In this document: positions 19,765 to 29,585 of the stretch, one piece after another
How the letters are laid out: each line of letters starts with the position of its first letter
How positions within the stretch are numbered: position 1 is the first letter of the stretch
Origin: an uncultured Acidobacteriota bacterium
Lineage (GTDB): Bacteria > Actinomycetota > Acidimicrobiia > Spongiisociales > ZC4RG35
Assembly: GCA_963843585.1 (NCBI GenBank)
Contig: CAWJLJ010000022.1
Location: forward strand, 4,678 to 68,677
Reading direction: 5' to 3'
Length of the DNA stretch: 64,000 bases
The notes under the pieces: generated by a model
What the model was told of the DNA's origin: nothing
What the model saw: only the letters and a program-made list of their open reading frames with translations
Databases searched by the model: none
Position numbers and translations under genes: made by a program

Positions 19765-20167
19765 CGCCGAGGCGCTGCAACGACTCGCCGCGGCGCGAGT
19801 GGGCCGGTTCGCCTCGATAACACCAGACGGCCGGCCGCATGTGGTCGTTGTCACATTCACCGTGATCGGGCTGAACGTCGTTCACATGATCGACGAGAAG
19901 CCGAAATCAACGCACCACCTGCAACGACTGCAGAACGTGGAGACGCTTCCTGTCGCTTCGCTGCTGGTCGACCACTACGACGAGGACTGGCACCAGCTCT
20001 GGTGGGTCCGCGCCGACGGCGAGGTCACCATCGAGAAGGATGGGGGCAATTGGTGGGAGGCGAGGTCACGTCTCAAGGGGAAATACCGGCAATACCGCAA
20101 TGCCCCACCGAGCGGCCCCGCCATCTTCCTCTCGATCGACCGGCTCACCCATTGGGAGCACAGCTGA
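19757..20167 (+). CDS. PPOX-class F420-dependent oxidoreductase (Rv0121-like)
   Basis: DGRPHVV, DEKPKS, SLLVDHYDEDWHQLWWVRADG, KYRQY. Confidence 0.85.
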   Translation: MDDAEALQRLAAARVGRFASITPDGRPHVVVVTFTVIGLNVVHMIDEKPKSTHHLQRLQNVETLPVASLLVDHYDEDWHQLWWVRADGEVTIEKDGGNWWEARSRLKGKYRQYRNAPPSGPAIFLSIDRLTHWEHS

Positions 20168-20691
20168 TCACCCCTTCTTCGGTCGCCAGCCAGCCAACCC
20201 GGACGTCATGCGCTCTCGACCGGCACTGCGTCTACCAGCCGCGGTGCAGGTGCGATCCCGATCGCAGCTGTGTCGCCGCGGGCCGATGAGAGGATCCTGT
20301 CGTAGTGCCCCGCCCCGTTCCCGAGCCGACCACCGCTCGGGTCGAAGGCAAGACCGGGGACGAGGAAGACATCGATCTCAGGAATGGGGATGGCCGGCCC
20401 CGAATCGCTGGGCTGCTCCATCCCGAAGGGATGGGTCTCACGAGGGACGGCGACATCCCTGAACGTGACCGAGCGGTCGTCCTCGACCCGAGGCAGCACC
20501 CATCGCCAGCCCGGGAGCATGTCAAACAAGGGGCGAAGATCCACCTCACCCTCCATCGGGAGGAAGGCCGAGATGGTCCCGGGGAGACTGGGAGACAGCC
20601 AGGCGAACAAACCGGCGACGATCCCCCGGCTCATCTGCGTCGGGATAGGGCCCACTTCTCGCATCCGAGTCCGAAGGGATGCCTTGTCCAT
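20145..20691 (-). CDS. 5-formyltetrahydrofolate cyclo-ligase; frameshift near the 3' end
   Basis: MDKASLR, EVD, LPRV, VPGLAFD..GGRLGNGAGHYDR; HDVRVGWLATEEG in the adjacent frame. Confidence 0.88.
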
Positions 20692-20730
20692 GATGGGCCA
20701 GGGTAAGAGACCGATCGGTACTCTCCGTCC

Positions 20731-21475
20731 ATGCGGTTGTTCATCGACGTGCCCAGGACGATCATCACCGTGGTCGCCGGAGTGACCGCCACCATCGTCG
20801 CCGTCGCTCTCATCGCGGTCATGGTCGTGATCAACGACAGCTCGCCGATGATCGAGAAGATCATCAGGGGGTGGAGCCGCGTGTGGCTCGCCGCCTCTGG
20901 GACGAAGCTCGAGATCGAGGGGGCCGAGAACATCGATCCGAATCGGTCCTACGTCGTCGTTGCCAACCATCTGTCGGCTCTCGACATCATGGCGTGCCTC
21001 CTCGCGGTTCCCCTGCCGATCCGATTCCTCGCCAAGAAGGAGCTGTTCCGGGTCCCGGTGCTGGCACAAGGGATGAGGATGGTGGGGATCATCGAAGTCG
21101 ACCGCGAAGCCAGAGGTGCGGTGCACTCCGAGGTGAATCGTCAGTCGCGAGAGCTGATCGAGAAGGGTCGAAGCCTGATCATCTACGCCGAGGGGACCAG
21201 GCCCCGCAACGGGGTGATGAAGCCGTTCAAGAAGGGCGCCTTCACGATGGCGATCAGATCGGGGCTTGCCGGTCCTCCCCCTGTCGATTCACGGTTCGTA
21301 CGAGGCCTGGCCTCCGGGCACGCCCGTTGGTCAGGGGCGGGGTGATCAGCAGTCGTCCTCGACAAGCCAATCGAGACCGATGGCATGTCCACTTCGGACA
21401 CCGGCGATCTGCGTGACCAGGTCCGCGAGGTGATCGCGGGCCGGGTGGAGGCACTTGGGCGGGGCAGTCGGCTAG
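20731..21475 (+). CDS. Lysophospholipid (PlsC-like) acyltransferase; frameshifted, end approximate
   Basis: NHLSALD, FLAKKEL, YAEGTR, FKKGAF. Confidence 0.88.
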
Positions 21476-21476
21476 C

Positions 21477-21716
21477 AGAGGAACATCGGCTGGCTCTCGA
21501 AACGTGACACACTGGACACGAATCGAATTCGATTCGCCCAACAGAGAGGCCCGAAGTGGCTAACAAAGACAAGGGTGGCAAGAGCACCAAGAAGGTGGCG
21601 GCCAAGGACTTGAAGGAAAAGCGCCAGGCCAAGAAGGACAAGAAGGCTGTTGCCGCATCGGCCAGCCGCGTGACGCGCTAGACGAGCCTCACCCCGTCAG
21701 TAGAGGAACATCGGCT
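21477..21716. repeat. 15-bp direct repeat AGAGGAACATCGGCT (21477-21491 and 21702-21716)
   Basis: Exact match read from the sequence; the second copy lies in the pfk 3' end. Confidence 0.85.
21556..21681 (+). CDS. Small Lys-rich peptide (41 aa)
   Basis: AGAGAGG RBS, GTG start, MANKDKGGKSTKKVAAKDLKEKRQAKKDKKAVAASASRVTR*; below the ORF-track cutoff. Confidence 0.7.
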   Translation: MANKDKGGKSTKKVAAKDLKEKRQAKKDKKAVAASASRVTR

Positions 21717-22845
21717 TGCCCAGGACGTGTCGCACCTTGGGCAGATAGGTGTCGAGGTCGTAGAGCTCGTCGACGTCGACCCGTTTGACGCCTTCCTTGG
21801 TGACACCGATGGGGACGTGGGTGTAGGTGCCACCCCTCAACGCCACCATGCGGCCATGACTGTTCTCGACGGCCAGATCGGCGGCCATCACCGCGTAGTT
21901 GGTGGCCACCATGAGGTCGAGTGAGTCGGGCGCCCCCGATCGCATGAGGTAGGCCACCTGCTGGTAGAGCACCGGCTCCCCGGTTCGCTCCTTCAGCAAC
22001 TCGCCGGTGAGGGCGCCGATGCCACCCAACTTGCGGTGGCCGTACGCGTCCTCCTCCCCGGCCAGCATCATGTCCCCCTCCTGGAGCCGGGCGCCTTCGG
22101 AGATAGTCATCATGGCGTAGTTCGACGGGTTCGAGGCTCGATCAGACAAGAGCATGCCGGCGAGTTTCTCGACGTCGAAAGGGACCTCGGAGATGATCGC
22201 CCTGTCCACCCCCGACAGATAGGCGGTCACGAGTGAGGTCTCGCCGCTGTACCGGCCGAAGAGCTCCACCACCGCTATTCGTTCGTGAGATCCGGCCGCC
22301 GTGCGCAGGCTGTGGATGAACTGAACCCCGCGTGTCACCGCCGTCGAGAAGCCGATGCAGTAGTCGGTGCCATGGACGTCGTTGTCCATCGTCTTGGGGA
22401 TGGCGACCACCGGCACCCCCTCCTCGTGGAGACGAAGCCCGTATGACAGGGTGTCGTCGCCACCGATCGGGATCAGAACGTCGATCTTCTGGTCTTCGAG
22501 GACTCCGAGCACGTGGGGGGTGATGTCGACAGTCCCCTCCTCGCCCGATTTGTCGCCGAGGAAGGTAGGAACCTCCTCCGGTCTCATCTTGCCGGGATTG
22601 GTCCGAGACGTATGGAGGAAGGTTCCACCGGTGCGATCGATGGTTCGGACCACGCCGGGATCGAGTGGGATCAGCAAGTCAGCGTTCGATTGGGCGTCCT
22701 CGGGGTTGAAATGAGCCAACCCGCCCCATCCACGGCGGATCCCCACCACCTGATGTCTCTCTTCGGCAGCCCGGTTCACCACCGCCTTGATGCAGGCGTT
22801 GAGCCCGGGCACGTCTCCACCACCAGTCAAGATTCCGATTCGCAT
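21697..22845 (-). CDS. pfkA: 6-phosphofructokinase, probably PPi-dependent
   Basis: [31 protein letters not shown]. Confidence 0.92.
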   Translation of the reverse strand: MRIGILTGGGDVPGLNACIKAVVNRAAEERHQVVGIRRGWGGLAHFNPEDAQSNADLLIPLDPGVVRTIDRTGGTFLHTSRTNPGKMRPEEVPTFLGDKSGEEGTVDITPHVLGVLEDQKIDVLIPIGGDDTLSYGLRLHEEGVPVVAIPKTMDNDVHGTDYCIGFSTAVTRGVQFIHSLRTAAGSHERIAVVELFGRYSGETSLVTAYLSGVDRAIISEVPFDVEKLAGMLLSDRASNPSNYAMMTISEGARLQEGDMMLAGEEDAYGHRKLGGIGALTGELLKERTGEPVLYQQVAYLMRSGAPDSLDLMVATNYAVMAADLAVENSHGRMVALRGGTYTHVPIGVTKEGVKRVDVDELYDLDTYLPKVRHVLGKPMFLY

Positions 22846-22879
22846 GGGGCGGCAGGGTAACGACCGTCGCGAAGGGCGA

Positions 22880-23437
22880 CTACCGCCTCACGTATGCGAG
22901 GTACACGGCCCCCGAATCGAACACCTTCTGGTCGACGAGCTGGAGGCTCAGCTCTCTCCCCTCCGGGAAGAACGGCTTACCCGAGCCGACCACCCCAGGC
23001 AGGACAACCAGCCGGAACTCGTCGATGAGATCGATCAAGGATGCAGCGAGACCGGCGCCGCCCACGGCGAGTGGGCCTTCGGTCTCGTCCTTCAGACTGC
23101 TGACCACCGCCATCGCGTCCCGGCTGCGAACGAGCTCGACACCCGATGGGACGCTCTCCAGCGTGTCGGAGAACACGAAACGCGGCGTGTCGACATAGGC
23201 ACGTGCGAATTCTGCCTCGACGTCGGGTAGGTCGTCCTGCATCGCCGCCGCCGTCCAATGCTCATCCATCACCTCGAAAAGCCGGCGCCCGTAAAGAAGC
23301 GCGGCTGCCGCCCGGGTATGTTCATTCCAGTGCCGGTGCACGTCGTCTGCAGGCGGCCCTGAGAACGCGATACCCCCACTGGAATCCTCGATATAGCCGT
23401 CGATTGACACATTCATTCCATAGATGACCTTGCCCAT
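22880..23437 (-). CDS. Dihydrofolate reductase / RibD C-terminal family protein
   Basis: SIDGYI, LLYGRR, VGGAGLA, LIDE..L...P..GSGKPFF. Confidence 0.88.
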   Translation of the reverse strand: MGKVIYGMNVSIDGYIEDSSGGIAFSGPPADDVHRHWNEHTRAAAALLYGRRLFEVMDEHWTAAAMQDDLPDVEAEFARAYVDTPRFVFSDTLESVPSGVELVRSRDAMAVVSSLKDETEGPLAVGGAGLAASLIDLIDEFRLVVLPGVVGSGKPFFPEGRELSLQLVDQKVFDSGAVYLAYVRR

Positions 23438-23453
23438 TGCTCTGCTCCTTCGT

Positions 23454-23762
23454 TCATCCCGTCATTGCGCGGGTGACATAGAAAAAGACCATCCCGACCG
23501 CCAGGACGCCCCACAGATTCCGCCGGAAGACTACGGCGCCGATGACACCACCCAGAGCGGCGGCCAGGGCCGGGGTGACGGCGGGCTCCCCTCCCGGAGC
23601 CACCAGCCCGGTCATGGCGATGGCGATGAAGAGGGCAAGAGGGAAGACATCGAGAAATCGGCCCAACGCGCCTTCCGGCACCGGACGGGGGCGGAGCAGG
23701 AAAGCCACTCTCGTTCCGTAGGTGATTGCCGCCACGGCCAGGACGAGCGTGAGGTCACTCAC
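23454..23762 (-). CDS. azlD: AzlD-family protein
   Basis: ITYGTR motif; small TM protein overlapping the azlC end. Confidence 0.8.
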   Translation of the reverse strand: MSDLTLVLAVAAITYGTRVAFLLRPRPVPEGALGRFLDVFPLALFIAIAMTGLVAPGGEPAVTPALAAALGGVIGAVVFRRNLWGVLAVGMVFFYVTRAMTG

Positions 23763-24423
23763 CGACGAACACCCCCGCCAGGGACGCCACCACCGCGGCC
23801 ACGGTGATCTGCCATGCGGTGGGAAGGACAGCAGTGGCGACGACGGAGGCCACCACCGCTGCGCCGGCCACGAGGAGATCTTTCCGGCTCTTGATCATGG
23901 GTGCGGCGAGACCGAGGAACAGCAATGGGAAGAGGACTCCGATCCCGACCGCTTCGGGATCGATCGAGCCGCCAAACCAGGCGCCGATCGTGGTCCCGAC
24001 GACCCAACCGGAGTAGAGCATGAGGTCTGCGGCCGTCTTGTACGCCACGAGGTCCTCCACACCGGCGTCGGCGGCTCGAACGGTGAGACCGAAGGTCTCG
24101 TCGACGAGGATGAATGCGAGCCTCAGCCTGGTGCCCAGTGGTCGGGCGCCGATCATGTTGGACAGCGATGCAGACATCGGGATGTGACGCAACCCGAGAC
24201 CGGTCGCTGCCAACAGCACGGCGACGGGACCGGAAGCCAGGAGTCCGATCATGGCGAACTGCGCCGCCCCGGAAACGATGATCACCGACGAAAAGACGGC
24301 GAGCCAGGGCGGAAACCCGGCCCGTACTGCCAGAACGCCGTAGGCCACGCCGAACCCGGCGACGGCGAGGATGATGAGGACCGAGTCCCGTATCCCCTGG
24401 CGAAACGACGGGTTGTCGAGCAC
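23755..24423 (-). CDS. azlC: AzlC-family branched-chain amino acid export permease
   Basis: SGAAQF, LRH, LVDETF. Confidence 0.88.
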   Translation of the reverse strand: MLDNPSFRQGIRDSVLIILAVAGFGVAYGVLAVRAGFPPWLAVFSSVIIVSGAAQFAMIGLLASGPVAVLLAATGLGLRHIPMSASLSNMIGARPLGTRLRLAFILVDETFGLTVRAADAGVEDLVAYKTAADLMLYSGWVVGTTIGAWFGGSIDPEAVGIGVLFPLLFLGLAAPMIKSRKDLLVAGAAVVASVVATAVLPTAWQITVAAVVASLAGVFVGE

Positions 24424-24458
24424 GCAGGCACGGTACCGGGCACCCGGCCCGGCTCATC

Positions 24459-25918
24459 TCAGGGGAAGGTGCGGGGAACCCGCTGCACGTTGATCCAGCG
24501 AAGCTCGGTGAACTCGTCGAGGGCGGCCTGCCCACCGAATCGCCCGTAACCGCTCCCCTTCACTCCACCGAAGGGCGCCTGGGGCTCGTCGTTCACGGTT
24601 TGATCCCCGATGTGGACCATCCCGGTCTCGAGACGCATCGCCATGTCCAGAGCCTGGGTGAAGTCGTTGGTGAGGATTCCCGACCGACAAGCCCATAGTC
24701 CGAGTCGTTGGCCACAGCCAGGGCTTCCTCGGCGTCGTCCACCACGACTATCGGGGCCACCGGCCCGAAGGTCTGCTCCCTGAACAACTGCATGTCTGGC
24801 TTGACGTCGGTGACGACCGTGGGGTGATAGACGAGGTCGTCGTGCTGCCCGCCGGTCACCAGATTGGCTCCTCCGGCCACGGCCTCCTCGACCTGGGCGT
24901 GGACCTTGTCCACGGCGCGTTGGTTGATCAACGGCCCGATCGCTGTGGCCGGATCGGTCGGATCACCCATCGGAAGCGACTCCGCACGCTCCTTGAGCTT
25001 CTCGGTGAACTCTTTGGCGATGCTCTTCTCGACGATGATCCGCTCGGTCGACATGCAGATCTCGCCCTGATGGAGGAAGGCCCCCCACGCCGCCGCGTCG
25101 ATGGCGTAGTCGATATCGGCGTCGCCGAGGATGATCAAAGGGTCCTTGCCGCCGAGCTCTAGCACGGCCCGCTTGAGATGTCGGCCGGCCTTCTCGGCGA
25201 TGACCCTCCCCACCTCGGTGGACCCGGTGAACGAGATCCGTCTCACGGCCGGATTGGCGATCATCTCGTCGCCGATCTCCTCTGCCGCCTCCCGGGTGCT
25301 GGTGACGACGTTGAGAACGCCCGGCGGCAATCCCGCCTCCTCGAAGATCTCGGCGAGGAGCAGCCCGCCGGTGAGCGGCGCATCCTCGGACGGCTTCAAC
25401 ACCGCCGTGTTCCCGTAGGCGATGGGCAGGGTGAACGACCGGCTCCCCAGGATGTACGGGACGTTGAACGGGGCAAAGCAGGCCACGACTCCGGCGGGCT
25501 GCCGCATTGCCATGAAGAAGGAGTTGGCATGGTCGGCCGGGATGATCTCGCCCTTGACGTCGTAGGCAGCGGATGCGGCCATGCGGAACAGACCGGGAAC
25601 GAAGCCCATCTGGAACATCGAGATGCCGATGGTCCCCCCGACCTCTTCCATCATCGCCTGAACGAGGTCGTCCTGACGACTCTCCATCACGTCGGCGGCC
25701 TTGAGGAAGATCTGACGTTTGGCGGCGGGAGGTGTCGCCGCCCATTCGGGGAAGGCGGCCTTGGCGGCATCGATGGCGCTTCTGGCGTCCTCGGCGTTGC
25801 CGGCCGGGACGTTGGCGTACACGTCGCCGGTGTACGGGTTGTGGTCCTCGAAGGTCTTGCCACTCGAGGAATCGACCCACTTCCCGTCGATGTACATCTT
25901 GGGGCTCTTGGCGGGCAT
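24459..25918 (-). CDS. Aldehyde dehydrogenase; frameshift near 24685
   Basis: PFN, FTGS, LELGGK, GEICMS, EQTFGP; PFGGVK.SGYGR in the second frame. Confidence 0.93.
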
Positions 25919-25947
25919 GTGTCCTCCTGAGGTGGGGACCGGGAAAC

Positions 25948-26301
25948 CTACCCCTCGATGTCGTCGGGTAGGACCGCCATCCCCGCCGGTGTCATCCGCC
26001 CCTCTTCGAGCAATCTGCGCACAACACCGCGGTTCTTGGCCGACCAGTTGGAACCAGGTCGCCGCGGGGTGAATCGAATGGCCCAGCGCTCGTCGTCGAT
26101 CCGCTGGCCGAGATTGTCGATCCAGCCGTGACAGATAGCCGTGGCCTGGAGATCGTCGAGAGTCACGGTTTGCCGACCGGACGATTTCTTGTAGATGGCG
26201 ACGACAACCACCTGCTCGCTCTTCCCGTGCTTCCTCAGCCAGGCATCGAATTCGGCGTCGGTCGAGATCGGGATCGCTTCGGTGATATCGAGTGGGCTCA
26301 T
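25948..26301 (-). CDS. YdeI/OmdA-like protein (N-terminal part only)
   Basis: CHGWID, FTPRRPGSNWS..N, GRMTPAG. Confidence 0.75.
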   Translation of the reverse strand: MSPLDITEAIPISTDAEFDAWLRKHGKSEQVVVVAIYKKSSGRQTVTLDDLQATAICHGWIDNLGQRIDDERWAIRFTPRRPGSNWSAKNRGVVRRLLEEGRMTPAGMAVLPDDIEG

Positions 26302-26335
26302 GAGGAGGAATTGTCGGGGCGGGGGAAGGGCGCCC

Positions 26336-27408
26336 CTATCGGGGTCGTTTCAGTCTGACCCTGGATGACCCCGAGTCCGGATGATCTGGAGGCCTTCGCG
26401 GTGTACGGATACGTGATGGTGAAACCAGCAGAGGGTGATCAGATTGTCAGCATCGGTTCTTCCCCCATGTGACCAGGGGATGACATGATGGACCTCGAGC
26501 CGATAGTTGAACGGGCAGCCATCGACGGTGCAGCCTCCGTCACGGTGGAGGACATGACGTCTCAGTTTCCGGTTCACGGTCCGTGATCGGCGGCCCAGAT
26601 CGAGCGGTTTGCCCATTCTCGGTGATGCCGATCAGGTCGACGTTCCCGTTGCAGATGATCTCTTCGAGGGCTGCCCGGTCCCAGTCGCGGTCCGGCCAGG
26701 ACTGACACTCCGGTTCCACCGTTCGTCTCCGCCGCGGTGCGTGCGTCGACGATCACCGCCACATCATCGGTAGCTGCTGCTTCTGAGTTCGATCCGTCCT
26801 GATAGAGACTGTCCTGGCAGGATGGAGACCAGGGCCAACGCTCTTCGTTCTGCCACCGCCAGCCTCTGATCGGCGGGAATGATCTCGTCGGCTCGTTGGT
26901 CGACCGCTTTCTCCATGATCCGGGCGTCCAACCCGGGAAGCTCACCCCAATACGAGGTGGCCAGCTCATCGGAATGACCGAAATGCAGAAACCCATTCCC
27001 GGTCTTGCGTTCCCGTTTCCGGGTCAACCGTTTGTGATGAGCCACCAGACGACGCAACCCGAGAGATGTCATAACCCTGATGACCGATCCCGATGCTCAT
27101 CCGGCAATCGGGCGAGCAGTTCAGCCCGATCGAAGGAGATGTCCCCGGCCGCTAGCTGTTCGGCCACTTCGGGAGCATCCTGGAGACGGGTCGCAGTCCA
27201 ACACAGGCTTCGAGCCGTCTCATGAGAGACATCGGCTCGAGCCGCCGTCCAATCGACGATGGACCGGTAGCCATCAGCCAGATGAGACTTGCGTCGACGC
27301 TTCTCGGCGATCGCGGCCATCTCCACCACCCGCCAGCGCGCCGATCTCGGACTCAGCCCGGACAATCAGCTGATCCAACTGATCCTCGGAGTAACTCCCC
27401 AACTCCAT
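26336..27408 (-). CDS. DUF222-like HNH endonuclease (13E12-repeat-like), copy 1; several frameshifts
   Basis: Fragments DGYRSIVDW, GDISFD and RDGGC..GC..EVHHVIPWSHGGRTD..NLITLCWFHH; the C-terminus probably reads RVRLKRPR*. Confidence 0.85.
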
Positions 27409-27414
27409 GATCCC

Positions 27415-27436
27415 AACGTACAACCCGGCTGTGACA
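27415..27436 (-). promoter_or_regulatory. PafBC/RecA-NDp-like DNA-damage promoter, leaderless
   Basis: TGTCAC-N10-TACGTT-N6-ATG. Confidence 0.6.
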
Positions 27437-27445
27437 AGAAACTCT

Positions 27446-28933
27446 TCAGTCGTAAACCCCGGCCAGGAATGTCTGGCCACCGGTCACCACGCAAAGGAAG
27501 GCGCCAACTGAAGTGACCAACTGGTAGCGGTCGGCGTCCTCCTCCCCCGCCCACCAGCGGCCGGCGAGCCGCCACGGCCCGCTCCAGGTGAGCACCGGCT
27601 CCCATCGGGTGCCCAACCGGACCCGGGAAGGCATGCCGCCGTCCCATTCCACCTCCAACGGCTCGGGACCGGGCGGGACAAGTGCGGGACTGGGCGAAGG
27701 AGTGGCCCCCGGCCAGGGAGCCGACTCGTCCCGCTCCCGATCGGATGGCGGCTCCCCCCAACGGGACCAGGCCACTCGTTCCCTGGGTAGCCGGCCCCCT
27801 TGAGCCCGACCCTGAAGCACCCCGTCGGGACCGAGCAGGGCCTGGGCCCGGGCCAACGCCCGCTCCGCCTCGATCCGCGAGGTCTCGTCCTGGAGCAACC
27901 CGAGCTGTCGGCCCTCATCGGACAGATCTGCCGGGGCAATTCGCAAACGGGAGATCCCGCCGGGGATGCCCCCCGACTCGATCCATGCCCTCAGCTGCCA
28001 CCACACCCGATCGGACAACGCCTTCTCGGTGAAGGGGTCGGCCGATCGCCAGATCCGCTCCCTCGACCCTCCGGCGGCATCCTCGGCCATGATCGAGACA
28101 CGATGCGGCGCCACCCCCGACACCCTCAACCCTCGGAGCAGCCGCTCCGCCAGGGCACGGGAGGCAAAGGCCACTGCGTCGAGGCTCTCCAATGGCTCTT
28201 CGAAACTCGCATCCACCGCCAGGTCGGGCGGGATCTCCCTCGGGTCGACGAAACGGTCCTCCCCCGCGGCCAGCCGATGAGCGAGCAGACCATGATTCCC
28301 GAAGCGGGTGGCCAGAGCGTCTCGGGGAAGACGGGCCAGGTCACCCAGCGTGGCCACCCCGAGCCAGCGGAAGGTGTCGATCAACTCGTCGGCGTCGAGA
28401 CCTTCTCTGAGCGCGGTCAGATCGAGCCGGGAGAGAAAATCGATGGTGTCTGTCACCACCCGAGGCCGGCCGACCTCGGATGTGGCTGCGGCCCAACGGG
28501 CGGCGAATGGCCCGTCGGCGATCCCGATGAGCGCCTGCCCTCCCCGGTCCCGGCCCACCATCCTGTCCAATTCCTTGGCCAGTCGCTCGGCCAGAGCATC
28601 CTCACCCCCGTAGAAGCGAACCGCTCCGGCAACCGGGACGAAGACCAGACCGGGCGCCACCACCTCCACCCTCGGGATCAGGTCCTCGATCGACTCGACC
28701 ACCGGCTCGAAACGTCGTGACTCCTCCCCCAGGTCACGGGTCAGGACTGTGGCGAAGGGGGCGAGGGCCTCGGCCTCCCGTCGGGGCATGCCCAAGCTCA
28801 CCCCCGCCTCCAACACCTCACTCGTCGCCGCGGAGACCCGATCGCCGACGATCAGGACCGGGTCATCCAACGGCGCGTCTGGCCTCCCCAACGACCACAT
28901 CGGAAACCACACGCACAACGTCCGAACCTTCAT
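27446..28933 (-). CDS. imuB: ImuB-like Y-family polymerase accessory protein
   Basis: GVSLGM..REA..P, LGV.TLGDLA.L..RFG, C-terminal GPWR..RWW..GVYD; directly downstream of imuA. Confidence 0.88.
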   Translation of the reverse strand: MKVRTLCVWFPMWSLGRPDAPLDDPVLIVGDRVSAATSEVLEAGVSLGMPRREAEALAPFATVLTRDLGEESRRFEPVVESIEDLIPRVEVVAPGLVFVPVAGAVRFYGGEDALAERLAKELDRMVGRDRGGQALIGIADGPFAARWAAATSEVGRPRVVTDTIDFLSRLDLTALREGLDADELIDTFRWLGVATLGDLARLPRDALATRFGNHGLLAHRLAAGEDRFVDPREIPPDLAVDASFEEPLESLDAVAFASRALAERLLRGLRVSGVAPHRVSIMAEDAAGGSRERIWRSADPFTEKALSDRVWWQLRAWIESGGIPGGISRLRIAPADLSDEGRQLGLLQDETSRIEAERALARAQALLGPDGVLQGRAQGGRLPRERVAWSRWGEPPSDRERDESAPWPGATPSPSPALVPPGPEPLEVEWDGGMPSRVRLGTRWEPVLTWSGPWRLAGRWWAGEEDADRYQLVTSVGAFLCVVTGGQTFLAGVYD

Positions 28934-29528
28934 CCTCCACCTCGAATCGCCGGGTCATACCGGACGCACCCTTCCCCGACGCCTCCAGCATGAGACGCCG
29001 CCTACCCAACCGGCCGTGCCCCTGATCCGCCCCCTCCCAGGTGACCCCGAGGGCCCTGAGCCGGAGATGGGCAACACCGCTGGGCAGACCCCTGCCCATG
29101 GGCCGCATCGCCACCGCCACCTTCCTCGCCCGGGCCAGGGCGGCGAGACGGCGAAGGTCCTGCTCCTTGACCCCGGCCGGCACCTCGGCATAGAGGGCGC
29201 GCACCCCCTCGAGCAAGGCGGCGGCGACCTTGGGCCAGATCCCCGGCTGGTCACAGCGCACGATGACGAAGCTCTCCGGGACGACACCGGTCTCCCATGC
29301 GGCCTCAGGCGAGATCCAACCCCGGGTGTCGAGAGCCACCACCGGAGCCGTCTGCGAAGGGCCGGCCAGCAGTCTCAGACCGAGACGGGTGAGCCCGGTG
29401 CCGGGAATGCCGAGCAATTCGGTCACATGTCCCGGCCTCAGTTGGAGAAACCCCTCCTCACGATCGGCGAGATCGATGAGAGGCACGGCGGTGACAATGT
29501 CTGCAGTGATGACTTCTTTGAGGCCCAA
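28863..29528 (-). CDS. imuA: ImuA-like RecA-fold protein
   Basis: Degenerate Walker A GIPGTGLT, WEG...GHGRL..RR; downstream of an SOS box. Confidence 0.8.
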   Translation of the reverse strand: MGLKEVITADIVTAVPLIDLADREEGFLQLRPGHVTELLGIPGTGLTRLGLRLLAGPSQTAPVVALDTRGWISPEAAWETGVVPESFVIVRCDQPGIWPKVAAALLEGVRALYAEVPAGVKEQDLRRLAALARARKVAVAMRPMGRGLPSGVAHLRLRALGVTWEGADQGHGRLGRRRLMLEASGKGASGMTRRFEVEDEGSDVVRVVSDVVVGEARRAVG

Positions 29529-29552
29529 ACTGGCTCCGCGGTCGGGCGTTCC

Positions 29553-29580
29553 ATCTTATCGAACATATGTTCGATGTAAA
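29553..29580 (-). promoter_or_regulatory. LexA (SOS) box between -35 and -10 of the imuAB promoter
   Basis: TTTACA, then TCGAACATATGTTCGA (29559-29574, perfect palindrome), then TAAGAT. Confidence 0.92.
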
Positions 29581-29585
29581 GCGAC

